In this document: positions 12,614-27,800 of the stretch, piece after piece
How the letters are laid out: the number at the start of each line of letters is the position of its first letter
Numbering within the stretch: the stretch's first letter is position 1
NCBI GenBank assembly: GCA_040954595.2
Contig: CM082580.2
Location: 14,522,389 to 14,586,388, forward strand
DNA: 64,000 nt
Source of the DNA: Balanoglossus misakiensis
Taxonomy: Eukaryota; Animalia; Hemichordata
Direction: 5' to 3'
Notes under the pieces: model-generated
Seen by the model: only the letters and a program-made list of their open reading frames with translations
Database searches by the model: none
What the model was told of the DNA's origin: nothing
Translations under genes and position numbers: made by a program

Positions 12614-12888
12614 ACTTATCGGCGATCATAGGCATCGGAATCACACTCAACATTTGAGAGGGGAAAATATTCATCCAATCCGAGTTGGCGGCTTATCGTA
12701 CAAAGGCGTTATTTGGATTATGTCACAGCTGCTGCGATAATCTTATACGGCACATGCATCAATCATTGCACTTTGGTGGAGTGGAACCCAGAGTGGAACC
12801 ATGAGTACCATAGACAGTAGTGCAGCGCCCTCATTGGACAAGGCACGCATTCTGCGGTCAAAGGTCAGGGAGTGCGGAAGTGGCAGAT
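12614..12888. promoter_or_regulatory. Candidate bidirectional promoter region between C1GALT1-like and COMMD3
   Basis: Only 275 bp between divergent ATGs. ETS-type GCGGAAGTG lies just upstream of the COMMD3 ATG and TCAAAGGTCA (nuclear-receptor half-site) is at ~12858. Confidence 0.55.
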
Positions 12889-14796
12889 ATGGAGTTGTCA
12901 ACAGAACTCCAGGAAGGACTACAAATTTGTGGCAATAGTGCCCTTATTCCCGACAAGGCGTTCACCACACTTGTTAATAGAGTGTATGACAGTATCCTGA
13001 AGAGGTCAACAGAGAGCTCAGTTTTTGGTAAGACAAAAAGAACCTTGATGGATGGATCTAAGTGAAGATTGCTGTGGGTGCGTAGCACTACATAAAGTAC
13101 TCCCCCGGTTCTTGTCAGCAACATTCAGCCGGGGATGGGTTTAGCTACGGACCCGCGGCAAAGGAGAAGAGTGGGTGGGTTACTCTTGCAGCGGCGTAGA
13201 ACTGAAGAGTGAAGTGCGTTTGATCTAAACACGTTCTTGCAATTGTGTTCCTGGTAAACCGTGTGCAGAATCTCGACATCTCCACATCCAACTTGCGCAT
13301 GCTGGCAGAGAGACTTTGCAGAAAAAGGAAACGCAGAAACAGTTAATTACCGGGTACATCGCATCATACTTTCTCAACTCTCTGTGTCTGTGTTCCCACG
13401 CTTCACCAAAAATGCCATTGGGGCTCGTCACACTGTGAATGTAGACAAAACGCTGTGGAAGGTTAGGATCTCTGAGACGTGATACTAACCAGCGTATCTT
13501 TAATTATTTCACAGATGATCCAAGCTTGGCCAGTGTGGATCCGGCTGTGCTTAAACAGTGTTTTGCAGCATTGTACGCTCTAATTCTAGAAGCCAGTAAG
13601 CACGATGTAGATGCTGCATCTATCAGGTTAGGTTTATCATTCCTTTGTTATGCCATACATGTACTACAGTAGAGCCTCACTAATTCTTACCTTTGCCAAT
13701 GTTGTGGTTCATATCTTGGTTCCCACTACATGTATTTGTTACCACTGCAATACCCTGTGCCAAGTCACAAACCGTGTTTGTAAAATTGCATATTTCTACA
13801 GCCTCTCCCATCCGCAGGTATGTGGTTAATCCCTAACAAACTGACGACACCTGTGCTACACACTTCCAATCACATAATTTATCCGATCCTGGGCTGCTGT
13901 AGCTTTAGTGTTTGTAATGTTCCAGTTATCTTTTGCTCATAACATTTCAATTTTTTTTCTTCAGTCCCCTTTTAGAAGACAACAAGTTCACTACAGACAA
14001 AATCGACAGTTTTAATAAAATATTTCTCACCAAAAAGACAGAAGTTCGAGCTTTGCTTGGCAGCATTGGACACACATTACCACATGTAGTTGATGTGGAT
14101 TGGAGACTTGACTTTTATTTAAAGGTGAAACACCATCGTCACTTGTTTGCACATTGTACTTTTTCAGATGAAGATATATAATCCCTCATGATTCGAGCAT
14201 ATGTGGTGTGGTCTTGATTGTGTTTTTTTTTTAACATGTTAGTTATGGACAGAACGAAAGCATAAAAACACAGACACGAAATATCTGTGATGATCTTCAA
14301 TTACAAACTGCTTGAATTGTTCTTATTTCAGAACAATCTTACTGATAAAGTTAATGAAGCTGTTTATCTAATCACATTGAAGACAGAAAAAGGGGAAACA
14401 GAAGAGAGAGAAAACATACAGTTTGCATGTTCCATGGAACAGCTACAGGTAGGTTGGGATGCAAAACTGTGACCTACAATACTCACAAGTTTGTTTCTGA
14501 TTGTTCTGTGAAAGTTGATCAACTGATTTCTCTGAACATTCTTATTCTGATTTATTCAAATTATGACAAAACTTTTTTTTTAATCAGAGCACTGTGTCAT
14601 TGATGCAATGTTTTCACATGACAACTGCCTGGTCAAAGGTCACTACTGCATCATTAGGCTGCATTGTCTCAAAAATACCTCAGCTCAGATACATATTTAA
14701 GATATTCCCTTCACCTTGTTCTGTTTTGTATTCCAGGATTTGGTCGGGAAATTGAAAGATGCAAGTAAAAGTTTGGAAAAAGCCAGTCAAATGTAA
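12889..14796 (+). CDS. COMMD3: COMM domain-containing protein 3, 195 aa
   Basis: Exons 12889-13027 (MELSTELQEGLQICG...), 13515-13626, 13965-14124 (LPHVVDVDWRLDFYLK), 14332-14448 (YLITLKTE...IQFACSMEQLQ), 14737-14796 (DLVGKLKDASKSLEKASQM*). 588 nt in frame, with COMM domain motifs of COMMD3. Confidence 0.95.
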
Positions 14797-15278
14797 CATC
14801 AAAACATGCATGTTGATTACTTGCCTTGCCTCCATGGTGCAAGACAAAATAAGACAGTTTATACTCAGTGTAACTATTTGTGTACAGTTTCTCTCCATTG
14901 TGATTCACCAAACTTGCATCATTTTGTGAGGCACACAGTCTTTTGACCTTATTTGGAGGATAGTGTTGTCAGAGGTGTCGCTGTACTTGTTCTGCTTTGC
15001 ACAGTGAAAGACTTTGTATTATCATTGCAGAGTGTGCGTGCACTGCTGTACAATTTTTTTAGAGGAATAATACACATTGCTGTAATAACATAACATCTGT
15101 GTCGTGTGAACTTAATTGTGGGGTCAAAGTTGCCAATCGTCAACACTATTTTAGTAACTCTGCCTCTAGAGTTACATTTAGTCTGCAGGATTTGCCAGAC
15201 ATTTTAAAGATTAAAAAAAAAAACACCTGAAATTGAAAGGATTTACTGATGAAAATTTTCTGATTTTGATGTTGATTA

Positions 15279-15926
15279 GGGAGCATTCGTTTTTTACAGG
15301 GAGGGGGGGGGGGCGGTGGAAATCAGGGGGGGTTTACTTTTACAAAGCAGTTTTTAGGGGGGGACAAATTTTATAATCAAGGGATTATTATATAGGGACT
15401 GAAAGGGGGGGGACTTGAAAACATTGACGGCTAAATATTTATTTTGAGTCCACAAAAATGCAGTTTCGCGTCCTTTATTTTACAAAATTTTCTAATGTGG
15501 GAGGGGGACACCCCCTCCCACACTCACCCCCTTCAATCATCAACACCTTTCAATCATTGACTGGTTTATCTAGCGTCCCAGGTCCGGGGACTTGCCCATA
15601 CCCCATGATAACTTTGAGCGGCGACGTTAATTTGCTTTTGCTGGGTTCATTAAAATGCAGCTTTGAGCTCTGTATGTTATAAAATTTTCTTACGTGGGAG
15701 GGGGACACCCCCACCCAAACCCACCCCCTTCAATGTGGTATGTCGAACATAAACCAATATCTGACAAAGTTTGATAAGTTTAATCCGGTGGATAAACTTT
15801 TTTTTTTGGGGGGGGGGGGGTCACATTTTAGAAAAGTAATTTCCAGGGGGGGGTTGCCTTTTACATTTAGTCGGCGACTCAAATTCCACCGCCCCCCCCC
15901 CCTCCCTGTAAAAAACGAATGCTCCC
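15279..15926. mobile_element. PIF/Harbinger-type MITE
   Basis: TTA|GGGAGCATTCGTTTTTTACAGGGAGGGG...CCCCTCCCTGTAAAAAACGAATGCTCCC|TTA; ~43-bp TIR and 3-bp TTA TSD. Confidence 0.85.
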
Positions 15927-17995
15927 TTATCAAGAGTAATACTGATATTGACAGTCATTGGAATTTGCATTTGCATTTCTAAAAGAAGTAAAGATACAAT
16001 TTATGTCAATGACCAATAATGTACCCTAAAACAAAACAGGATATGACTACAATCGTAGAAATTCTCTAATAATTACGATAATCCACTTGGTGAGTAAAAT
16101 AAATATAAACTCACAACAGAAATCATGTCCACAGACACAGCGAAATTAGAGCTGGCAATTGATGATTCAGCAGCGATTGTTCAATGGCCGATGATGTAGA
16201 GGCTGACCACACGCTGATTGTTATGCAATAGTTCAGCCTGAGACGCACACGTGGAGTGATTGACCAAAAGAAGCGTGTGATTTCATGACTGACTGGTTTC
16301 GATACTAAATAGATGCTAAATGTGACTTACTCTAAACAGGCTAGTAGTACTGATGAGTTGACAAAATCTTGACCATAAGCACTTTGAACATCCAGCGCTG
16401 GAAACACGTTTTCCTCATGGGATACACGTTTGTCACAACCTCAACTTTGAATATGATCGGTGCACTCGGAGACAAATGACAGATGTAACATTTGCAATAT
16501 GCAGATTTATTTGACCTGTTAAACTCGTTCGGTCACTTAATTGCCGTACTCACGGAGGTTCATATAAAGTGGCCCATTACATTTTCCTATTGCAGTCATA
16601 TGAATAAAATAGCTTTTCTTATGAAAAGCAAAAACCCTTCGTGTGCGTGTTTTGTCTTTGACAGCGTATTTCCAGGTGATGAACCAACCGTATGCAAATA
16701 TGATGACATTTAACCTCTAGTGCTTAGATATACATGTAGTAAGCATAACGTCATCGTCGGGGACATGCATGTTGCGATCGATTGTGAAGCATTGTGAAAG
16801 CACACCCTCCCTGGCAAGAGAGCAACAATCTATCGTTTGGTAGCGTGGAATAAAATGTCTGTTTGTTTGTTAATAAAGATACAAACCAAGCGCATAAATG
16901 TAAAAATTGAAAGCCAGAACAGCGAACACAAAATGCCTGGGCCTACACTCGCACACTATGACATGATTCGGGAAGTGATTGTAAACGAAAAATTATGTTA
17001 AAAATAACTTTATTACAAAATCTCCAGTTTCATATGAACGACAAAAATACTTTCTCCATTCATATTTGATTCCAAAAGAAAACAACTCAAATACAATGTA
17101 TATATGCTGTACATAAACCACGATTTACGTTTCGTCACATCTGCCGCAAGTGCTAATATCTACCCTAAGGGATACGCATTTCGACGACATTGTCGAATAT
17201 GAAACAACTTAAGAATTGCACCCTCTCGAGTAAATAAGATGCCAGGCCAATTATCTGAAAATATAGCTGCCAATCTATTGACCGAAATCCACAGGGTAGA
17301 AAAAACTGAGTGGCTGGTCACCAAAGCCAGCACAACTTGTGAGCGTAACTGACACTGTTTCTATGCTCTGTGACATCACGATTGACTCCGATATACACGT
17401 ACAGTGTACTTACAAAAGTTAAGAGATACAAAAATAATCTGCATGTCTTTTCATTCGAAGAATAGCATGGTTTACAGAAATACGTATAAAAATTACAGAT
17501 TATCGACAGCACCGTGACTGTATAATGATCACTGTTTTATCTAAACTTAGCTAAGTGGCGACAGTACCCAACTTAAACTAACATGGAGTTCAAATACAAT
17601 GTTCGTATTTCGTAAACCGGTTTGATACGGACAAATCTTCATCATACCAACGATACTTCTTCAAATGGGGCTGCCGAAGTCGCGAAACCATGGATGTTTC
17701 TTGTTTTGTCCGAAGTTCAAATTCGCGCAATATAACAGGATCGGGAAGCAAATACAACTTGTGACACTAAAAACATTAAATCCATCTTCTGGATAAAAAT
17801 GCAGGGACCTCACTTCTTGTACATGTACAAGTCCACCTGAATTCAACGCTTCAAAATGGTACCTATGTTGGCTGTTTTCAGTGCTACAGATACATGTAAT
17901 ACGCGTATGCTGCTGTCATTAAAGATGGCCGACTCTACAAACTCTACACGACTACTTGTCCACATTTCACCAAAACCGACGATTTCAGAGTCCAA

Positions 17996-20900
17996 CTACA
18001 CCGCAACTGCCTCTGCTTTCTTGGGACTGGATTCGTGTGTCGTTGGTGTACCATTTGACGTCTTGGTGGTGTCCACTTGCGAGTTCTTGCTCACAAGAAG
18101 TGGCGTTGGGCTCTTTTTTTCCGGCGTTTTCTGGTCTCTCTTCGCGCTCCCCGGATCCGACGGTTTCCTTGTTTCAATAGACTGGTGGGATGTCTTCATT
18201 CGTTTACTTGAGGGCTGCCTCACTCTGTACAACAAAGCCAGTGGACTGTTCTGCATGGTTGGAAAAAAGAACATGATACGAAGGTTGATGTTGAGTGGAA
18301 ATGATATTCTACTTATCAAAATATTCTGCATTTTCATTTGTTAAGTCCAAACTCTCTTCCTGTACATATGGATATAAGACAGGAGTACTTAATATGACAC
18401 ACAAACTGAGCTGTTTGGTGGTTGGTACTTACTCTCCTCCAATCATAAAGATAGGCGATGTCCATCAACGTATAGTGATCGATGAGGGACTCGTAACTTT
18501 TGCGATAGTGATACAAGACATCGATCTGAAAACATCAGGCACAAAATATAACTATATATTAGGAAAAACTCCCTTCTCAAATTGCTTGTCGGCATGTTTG
18601 CGTTGATAATCAGACCCTAAGTCTTGTAAACAGCGCCCCCCCCCCTCAGTATAATCCAAGCGTCCATACTAAGATGAAGATGACTCAAACTAAATTGAAT
18701 ATTGACGGGGAAAAAACTTTACAGTTGAACTTGTTAAAGATTTTTGGTCAGGGGAACTCAGTCGGAGGAGACGGAACGCCCGCACACGACTGACAAACCC
18801 TTTCAGTCTAAGTTAATTTTATTTCATCATGCGATACGCTAATAAACTGTCTGATTCGAGCGAGACTGCGCAGTGCGTACCTCGAACGAGAATGGCAATC
18901 CAAATTTATGTCGTATAAATTTCTTGATGTGGTGTACAGTGACTGCCGCTGGACATCTCAGGTAGCGAACATCTGTCATCTGCAAAGTGACGTCATACAA
19001 GAACAAATGAATAATGCACTACGTGACCTCCAGGTGGAACATACTGAAGGACGATAAGAGAATTTAACACAAGGAGTCTGCCATCCATTGATTAGGTATT
19101 TATATGTAACTCCGTGTTTTTACCGCGATGTATTTCCATTAAAAGGACTATGCACAAGTAAACGTTGTTATCTATATTCTCAATTCAAGCTGTTGATCAA
19201 ATGGGTTTTGTAGATTTTCTGTATTTTGTTCTGCAAAGTTACTCGAGGTCCACAAGAGCACAAATCTGCTAAAATGATCGTTCGCTCTCGTACATATATT
19301 ATGTACGATTACAGCAACTGTCACATTTACCTCGTCGCTGGCGTCGCCGTCGCTGTGGTTACTGTTTCCATTGGTTACATGTCCTCGCTTGTGGCCGTTC
19401 TGTGTTGGTATATAATACTGCAATGACATACTGATTTTTTCGTCATCTTTGAAAATGAAGTCATCATTCACCTCGCCACGCGCCTCAGCATTATCCTCCG
19501 CCGCTGTACTGGTACCTGCAGATGCAAAAAAATATCACCACATCAGCAAATCATTGAGAACCATGGTCAGGTCCGGATCCTTTGCTTTTCCTTCACGCGC
19601 ATGAACTTTTGTTTTCTCCTACTAAATGATGTAATTGAGTCATAGAAACACTAAGATTTCCTGAAAACGGAGCAGAGAACTTAAAAAAACACCCGCATAA
19701 AATCAAAGGACTGACGACACAGTCACATTCATTTACATGTTTTAGCCTTAGGCCTAGACATAAAGAGTGCAAATGTCCGTAGACCAGAAAAGTAATACGC
19801 ATGTCTAAGGAAACTGGGGATAAATTCTGCTAATGGTATTTCCTGCAGTCTCCATACATTGGAACGCGAGAGAGTACAATGTGCTTGAAAGAAATAAAAA
19901 CTAAAGGACAACTTACTGGCAGCATTTGGGTTTTGGGCGTAAAACTCACGTCGTCGTTTCATTTCGTCTGTGGAGTAAATTGAAATTGATTTAATTTTAA
20001 AAAGTGCAATGGCACTGCGTTCCCATTTGAACACAAATGATCCATGTACTATGTACCAAGTACATGTATACAGGGTTTTGGACTCAATTTATAACACAAA
20101 CTTTGGGTCGCAGCCTATTTTAGACATGTACGTTATTGATAAGGGTTACACTAGACCGAGAACCTGGAAATTAAGGAAAGATTAAGCGGAATCTGAGAAA
20201 ATGACATGGCACTGCCATAAAAATTAAATAAAATCCCTTACCATCCCAGTAACATTAACAACAAAGCAAATTCCAGTCGATATTTCCGTAACCAAATTTA
20301 ACATCATAACAATGCAAACATAAAAGGCCGATAAAAATTCTATTCAATGATAGATCTCGTTTTAGACCTCGAAGATGACGTAGATTACTAGAGATTGCTT
20401 CTGAAACCGAGTAAAGAAATTTTTAAAATGCGATATTCCCACTGCGCTAATGGGCCACGTATATGAAATACGCACATTTTTGACATGTAAATGTATTCCG
20501 AAACAATAAACGGGATTACCTCGAAATAACCCTGGGACCAGCTTATAAACCATTGTTTGTAGAGTTCTGTCAGGCCTGTGGACAAATATAACATTTATAA
20601 GGTTATTAAAATTTTAAAACTAAGCAGTTGCGATTAGTTCTTTTATACAAAAATAAAACTACGCGACAGATTCGGTCCTGTGATACACTCATAACGCCAG
20701 CCAGCAATATCCAATTCATATACACATGTAGCCGTTTAAAAGCTAGGTGCCCGGATGGATCGACGCATGCATGTAATTCCATGGTGTAGATTGCAAAAGC
20801 CCAGTGGGCACGGTCATCAATACATAGTTGTTGTTTTTTTATCAAGACCCATTCACATAAGACGGGCTTTGGGATCTGGAATTTTGGAATAACTTGACAC

Positions 20901-21834
20901 TGGAGACTACAATGAACACGTGATCATACATAACGCATTTAGTTTCTACTGTTTTATCCGTGACCTTACAGGAACATGATGAAGGGTCACACGCCCTGTG
21001 TTGTTTCCCGAGACTTACCAGATTGCTGGCGCGTTTAGTGTATATATATCAGACACCCTGTGGTTTCCTTATGTAGGATCTTGAAATTCGCATGAATTTG
21101 CTCACCTGATATTCAGAAGTGGTCTTGTTTTATGAACCTGCGCGTCACACACTGGGCAATATTTGCTTGTTTCCAAGTAACGGACAATACACGTCTTGCA
21201 GACTTCACGGAGAGGGACAAAACAAAGACGAAAAGTTGGCGAGTTTTGAAATACGGCAATATGAGAATTTTGAGATTGCATCATTATCGTCTTCTATGTC
21301 ATCGTTGCCAATGATAACTGATGTTAATGTGTCGTAAATAGATCATAGCGGTCGTAATTTCATGACAATTTACATAGATGCAAACGAACCAAAATAGTTT
21401 CGTAAGTGATTGTATAACTGTGCCTTCGCTCGAAGTTGCCTTCTGATCTAAACACGCAAGTCACGTCATGACGGGAACTTTTCAACTTCCTCTATTAAAC
21501 CCTTCATAGAAATTGCTGGTCTTGACTTCCGTAACAGATAGACACGCCATTGGTTGTCACCAACCCTTGCACTCAACAGTAAAATATCCAGAAATTAGAA
21601 TACAGACAGTCGGCAGTACTGGATGCAAATTTTCTCGGTTTGGTGTCACCTGGCTTTTTCAAGCGGGGACGCGGCAAGAATAATAATTGTGGCATTCCTG
21701 GGGAAAGTGAGAGACCACTTACAGGAATGTAGACATTCGATCATTGTTGTGGCATCTATGAAATAACCACCGCACAGAACGCACATCAGGTGCGGATTCA
21801 GTTCTGTCATTTTCAGTTTGGTTGATTGATTCAT
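17996..21834 (-). CDS. BMI1: Polycomb group RING finger protein BMI1/PCGF4-like, copy A (~315 aa)
   Basis: Exons 21834-21723, 21202-21106, 20575-20520, 19967-19917, 19515-19331, 18979-18881, 18525-18433, 18250-17996 (948 nt). [23 protein letters not shown]...[77 protein letters not shown]. Confidence 0.95.
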
Positions 21835-24744
21835 TCTGAAACAGAATAGAAGAACAACAAGTTATAAAACGACGCTTCGTACTCAGTTTTGAGGCATTCG
21901 TGGTTCAAAAGACCACCTTGCCAACGGATATCCGACACTACCAGAATGTAATCAGTCTTTCATCATCGAGGTGACTTGAGTTTAGAAACGATTATCGTGC
22001 AGAAATTCCAAGACACCGCACATTTTTTTTTCAAAATGAAACCATCTCATCTCTGTAACTGCAGTTCATATTTTACTGGTGTCTCAATTTTTTCTGGGAT
22101 TTCAAGCTAAAACCCATTCACTAATAACGAAATTACCTTTGGTAAAAGAGATGTAGCAATAGGAATGAAAACTTACAGCCAATATTTGCATGTGAACGTT
22201 CAACCATGTATGCGAGCTATACAATATGTCTGCCATGTCACTCGACATCAAACAATTAATACATCATAGATGTAGATAAGACTTAATTCACCCGTTGAGC
22301 CCTTACTGACATGAAGAATTCGGGTGGAAACTATACATCCATTTTGGGTGATTAAATGTACTTGACGATTATTCTTCTTTACTGAGTTTTCGATAGAAAC
22401 GCAAAATCTTTCATCAGATGTTTACAAAACGAATTCGACCGGATTAAATTCTGTATTGTCGAATACTTGATATTTTCCCGTCTTGTATTTTGTGTACGCG
22501 TTCTTGATATTATCAAAGAGCGCCATAACTTTTTATCTCAGTCGTGTTGACAATAAGCACTGTACTGCGTCCTTTGACGGAACATCAAATTTGGGCCGAC
22601 GAAACGTCTTCTCAGGCTGACGAAAATAGCTTGCTGTGTTCGAGTTTAATTTCCTCGGGAACAGGGAGAGAATGTGAGATTTTCAAGAATAGCCCGATAT
22701 ACATTGAGTATATATACGAGCAATTTCCAAGATGACATGAAGGAAACACCCCAGAAATGGAGACATATTCGTTACAGTGTAATGGACTTGCAACGAATAG
22801 GGTACCGTCTAGTATCTCATGTAGACGATCGCTTATTCTCCTAGAGACAGGCGGTAATAGAACGTCTTTTCCTCACGTACGCAAGCACAAGAAGAAACAA
22901 AGACAGAAAAAAAGCAGACACTGACAGTTCATTTTATCTTGGCGACGAACAGAAAATTGAATTCAGAAGGGCGATACTGTATCAAGCCTGCATGCGCGCT
23001 CGATTGCTAATGCATTGGTATAGTAATGCATGTGCGATTATTTCCCCAAAAATCTGAGAAAGAGGAGTGTGTCGAATCCTTAGGGCCCGGCCTTCGGGTA
23101 GGCTATGCCAAACCAACTTCGTACACATTATAATTTAATTAATTTACCCGCTGAACATGGACAGACAACATGTAAATTCCCTACCTTTGACCATAGTTGT
23201 TGGGATTAAGGGAATGGTGCCCGATTAAAAAATATCCCGCGCTTTTTCAGTTAAAAAAAGACAAGATAAATATTGAACCTTCCCGTCTTCATGACAATGA
23301 GATCCTGCCAAATAAACGAGAATAAGAATCGCTCGATCATTCACGTGTCTACGGCATGAACGAGACAATCGATGCTTAGGCCTATGAAGTCGTCGCTCAA
23401 CAAACCACAATTGAGTGGTTCGGAGTTCGTCCAATTTAAGTTCACATTTTAAAAAACTGCCACGGAATCTTTTAAATTCCATGAGAATTAAATAACTTGA
23501 TATAAATACTAAACGACCATCACGCAAATTTGCAATATTTTCTTAATTTTATGGGAGGAAAATGTTGAAATATAGACCAAAGGATTTTGGAGGGTGTTTC
23601 ACACACCCTGAACGTGTTAGATTTACGGTATTCTCCTGTCAAAAATATTTTTTTTGCTCAGGATCTAACTGTTAGATACATCGGCATAAGTAGTCGACGT
23701 AATTGACAACAAGCCTGCGTAAAAATTCTGCCCCGCGAAGGATAGTAAGGACCAAATTGGTAGTACAATGCGAAGCGAGGTTGAAAATTCACCTTATTTA
23801 ACCCGGTAGACTAAACGTACGCGTGTAGCTGAGGTGACCTCACGTCAACAATTTCGCGCGACACGAAGTAGCCGTTTCCCAAAACGCACTCCAACGTAAC
23901 CGACACAGCGTAACGAGCGGAGAGGTGAGACGGGAGTCTATCTAAATTCGTGTAATCACGGCGATCGGAGAGTTGGCTCAGTGTTAAATTAATGGATTTT
24001 GGATGAGTGTCACGAAGCACATACACTACGCTTCGCGCATGGAAGCCATATTGGATTTTGACATTCACACGAGCAACTACGTAAAATTTCCTTCTGTCGT
24101 TTTCCGTCTCACAGTGCATGCACTGGAAAAGCTAAACGACTATAGAAACTAGACCACATGTACAAGGGAAATTACCTGATATGGATATCTGGAAGCTTCT
24201 CCCGTGCTTGTATACGAGCGATTCTGGACAGGCCTTCGCCAGATATTCATCTGCCGCTGTCGGTTCCCATCAAACGTATTGAATTAGATCACGTGATCAG
24301 ATCCATTTTAGGTCTTCGAAGGCAGCTCGCATTCTGAAATAGCGCCTCCGTTACATGGACAGAGAGCTCCTCTTGTGCCAGACGACGGTTAATCGGCCGC
24401 CGCTCTAGCTGTCTAGATTTTTCAACAGCTGAAATTCGGACTGCAAAATTACTAGCCGAAATAGTAGACTAGAAATGCAAGAATCCGGAAGCCAGCGTCG
24501 TGTTTTTTTCATTCTGCGTGTGTACAAGCGATAAGCCGACATGCACTCCATGCCATCGAAAGGTGCCAAGCTTCACAGTCTGTTCGTTCGATCAGAATAA
24601 AATCGAATTTATGAGCAGAGCCACGGAAACTGCGATAGTGGGTTATAAAGTACCCTATAACGATAGCCCCGATTCAAGTTATGTGGCCGGCAAGCTGTAT
24701 GGTGTGACATGACTGAATGACATAGGGCTTAGTCTTGTCATTCG

Positions 24745-24822
24745 CACAACACAACACAACACAACACAACACAACACAACACAACACAACACAACACAAC
24801 ACAACACAACACAACACAACAC
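24745..24822. repeat. (CACAA)n pentanucleotide microsatellite
   Basis: About 15 perfect CACAA units. Confidence 0.95.
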
Positions 24823-27800
24823 GAAGGTACAACATAGGCTTTCATCTCTTCCATAGCGTTCACAGTTTCACGAAGAACTAAATCGAAGTAATTATCTGAC
24901 GCTTACCACATCTGCTGGCTCGGCGGCCCCACGAAACCCCGCTCTTAGATTTGTCGATTTGTCCGAGCAACAGAGAAAAGTCGATGCTATTTTATCTATA
25001 ATCTACGAATATCCTAAGTCCGATTTACAGGCTTCAACGAAAACCATTTCTTGTCATTCGTGGGAGAATATTAGACTACGCTTTGCCAATATCAGATGTA
25101 AACCTACTCAGATTTGGTGGAACGATGCAGATTTTAGAGAAAAAATGTTACCCTATACTGAGATTATCAAATATCGAAAAAAAATGATGCCCACGAAACA
25201 CTTAATGTTCATGATTCTTGGCATAACATAAACTCAGTGTTGGAATGACACCCTTAAAAGAAATCGGCGAACCGCATATGAAGGCCATGAAATAATCAAA
25301 CAAAGAAATTTTAAGAAACGAATTTGCCAAGTTAGCACATGGAATGATTTGAACGAAAAGAAAATTGTGAGTGGTTCTTGCTGTGCTAAAATTTGGTTAA
25401 AGCCACTGACAACGTTTATTTTTAAAATAAAATAAAATAAAACAAAGAATGTGTCAATTATTTTCCGACACCTTTACCGTGGCGAGAGAAAGGTCACGGC
25501 TTGCGAAATGTCTTATCAAAAGAAAAATAACTGGAAATAGACATTGGGGTTTTGCTATAGCTTATGAATACATGTGCATTGCGGCACCCTAGGAGCGTTA
25601 TTACGAGATATCTGTCCTACACAGCAGTCATCGAAAAGTCGTATGTTGCTTCCGATAGATTATGACCTTTGAACCCGATAAATTTGTTTAAAGAAATCAG
25701 GTGATGTATGGCAATTGTACAGCTGAGGGGAAACAGGTCGAACGTTGAAATACCGTCAGCTTTTCACAATACATGTACATGTGGCGCGGCACAGAGTGTA
25801 TACAGAAGAGTCTGTCATGTGACCTGGGAGACTACACTAATAAGTGGCAACTTCAGAATGCATACGGCAACCTGCGGGGAATTCACATGAGTAACAAGCG
25901 AATAAACAAACAGAACCATCCAATAATGAGTAATTTTGCCACGTAGGATAGCGACCCACGCAGGTTGTTCACCCAAATGACAGGATATCTTCCAACGTGA
26001 ATGGATTCGCATTGAAATAACTGTGCCAATAGCGTGATACACAATTACGACACGCTGGATGTTACATTTGTCTTCGCAGACAGAAGTCGGACAAAAGATC
26101 TAAAAATAACTACCTTCGGTGTTGTTCCAAAGTTTACTGTGATCGCTGAAAAAAACGCCAAGTGCGGACAGTGGGTTTGAAGCTAATGCCGTTCTATATT
26201 CGTTTTGAATTATATTCGTTTTGAGCGTTTTACACCAATGGTTGACTTGAGTTCCCCGCATCGGTTCCACTTTGAAAATGAAAAAAAAAGCATTATAAAT
26301 ATACGCTTGCGCGCCTGCAAATAAAACGAGGGGTTTAATTGCACAGAATTCGAATCGTCTTCGTCTTCCGATGACGGCTTTGCCAAGTACGGTCAAGTTT
26401 GAAACAATCTGCCCGGCCCGGTCATGGCACTGTCGGAGGAAATAGGTGTCCGTACGCGTCTCCATAATCACAGAGAAGGGATTGATTTTCGCTCATAATC
26501 AGTGTTCGTGAAAACCAGAAAAGCGTTAACGTGGTACTAACCTGGTCCGTGAAAGGATATGAATACCTATCGAAAACTCATAAAAATAATCTGAAGTTTA
26601 AGGGCTGAGTTTGAAATGCAGATCAATATCTCACCCTGGGATTCGACCCCTAGATCCCTACGCTCGTAAAGACAACAATACTCAGAAGTTACAGACTATA
26701 CCTTGCTACTGCTTCAAGCGATTATCTTCTTCGCGCGGGAGAACTACTGCGCGATGCAGAAGACAGAGTGGCGTTTGCCGCTCTCGGCCATCTCATCTCA
26801 ATTATATAGCGAGGTACCACCGCCCCCGGCAAGGGAGAAATAATGACTTTTTTCTTCAATGCTCGAAGGCACAAATGTGGCCGTGCCTGAGGCTTGTACT
26901 GACGGCAATCCTCCGAGAGCGAAGGCGTCTGATACCTTCGCCATATATTTGGTGTATTACGATGCCCGATTCACGTTTTGCTGCTGGTGGACTTGGTTTA
27001 ATTGTGCACATTTAAGTCATTCCTCGTTTTATTTACACACTTTCAAACGAAACACAGTTGTCAGAACTCCATTTAGAGCCTACTGCTTCAACAAATATAA
27101 ACACTGGTGAGGTGGATGCGATTTGAGTTTAAAAGAGACTGCCGTTATCAACGATATATTCAATGCATTTAAAGCGTCGCCGATGTAGAAAGGCTTAGTA
27201 GGAATTCAGTCACGTGATTCGCGTAATACGTTAACATTGGAACTGTCATAGGGCTTCATTAAATATCCAGCACTAGGTAACCCCTTTTCGGGCACCGGGT
27301 CGGCTTCGTTTCAGAACTACTGAGACAAAATACAGGTAAATGTGACCTAACTGATTACTTGTCTCTTCGATATCGTTCCATAATGTTTTGTTGTTGGAAC
27401 TGCCGTTGTGCGGCAGACGATATTTTTAGCGGAGTCTGCCGGTGACAGCTGCATTCAGCTCAGTGAAAATCCAAGATGGCTTCCCCAGACGGCTCGTTTC
27501 AGCGCGGCGCGACATGTACCGAAAATCGCGTATACGGCCGCAATTTCGGCACTACATGTGTCCATATATGCCGACGTCGACTGCTGCTGAGTCTAACTCT
27601 TCTGATGTTATGGTACTTCATTAAACTATGCCTCTGATTTTGAGAAATTTGGCTAAAATTCGGCGGTAAAACGTTAGCAGGAGGTCACGTAAGGCCCTCT
27701 CTCCATCACGGCAACGTGAACCCGCCATTAAAAACCTTCAAGTCATACTCGCGTTTTAAGTTGATTTCTCCGTAATGCCGCGAGAACCAGGTCCGCCTTA

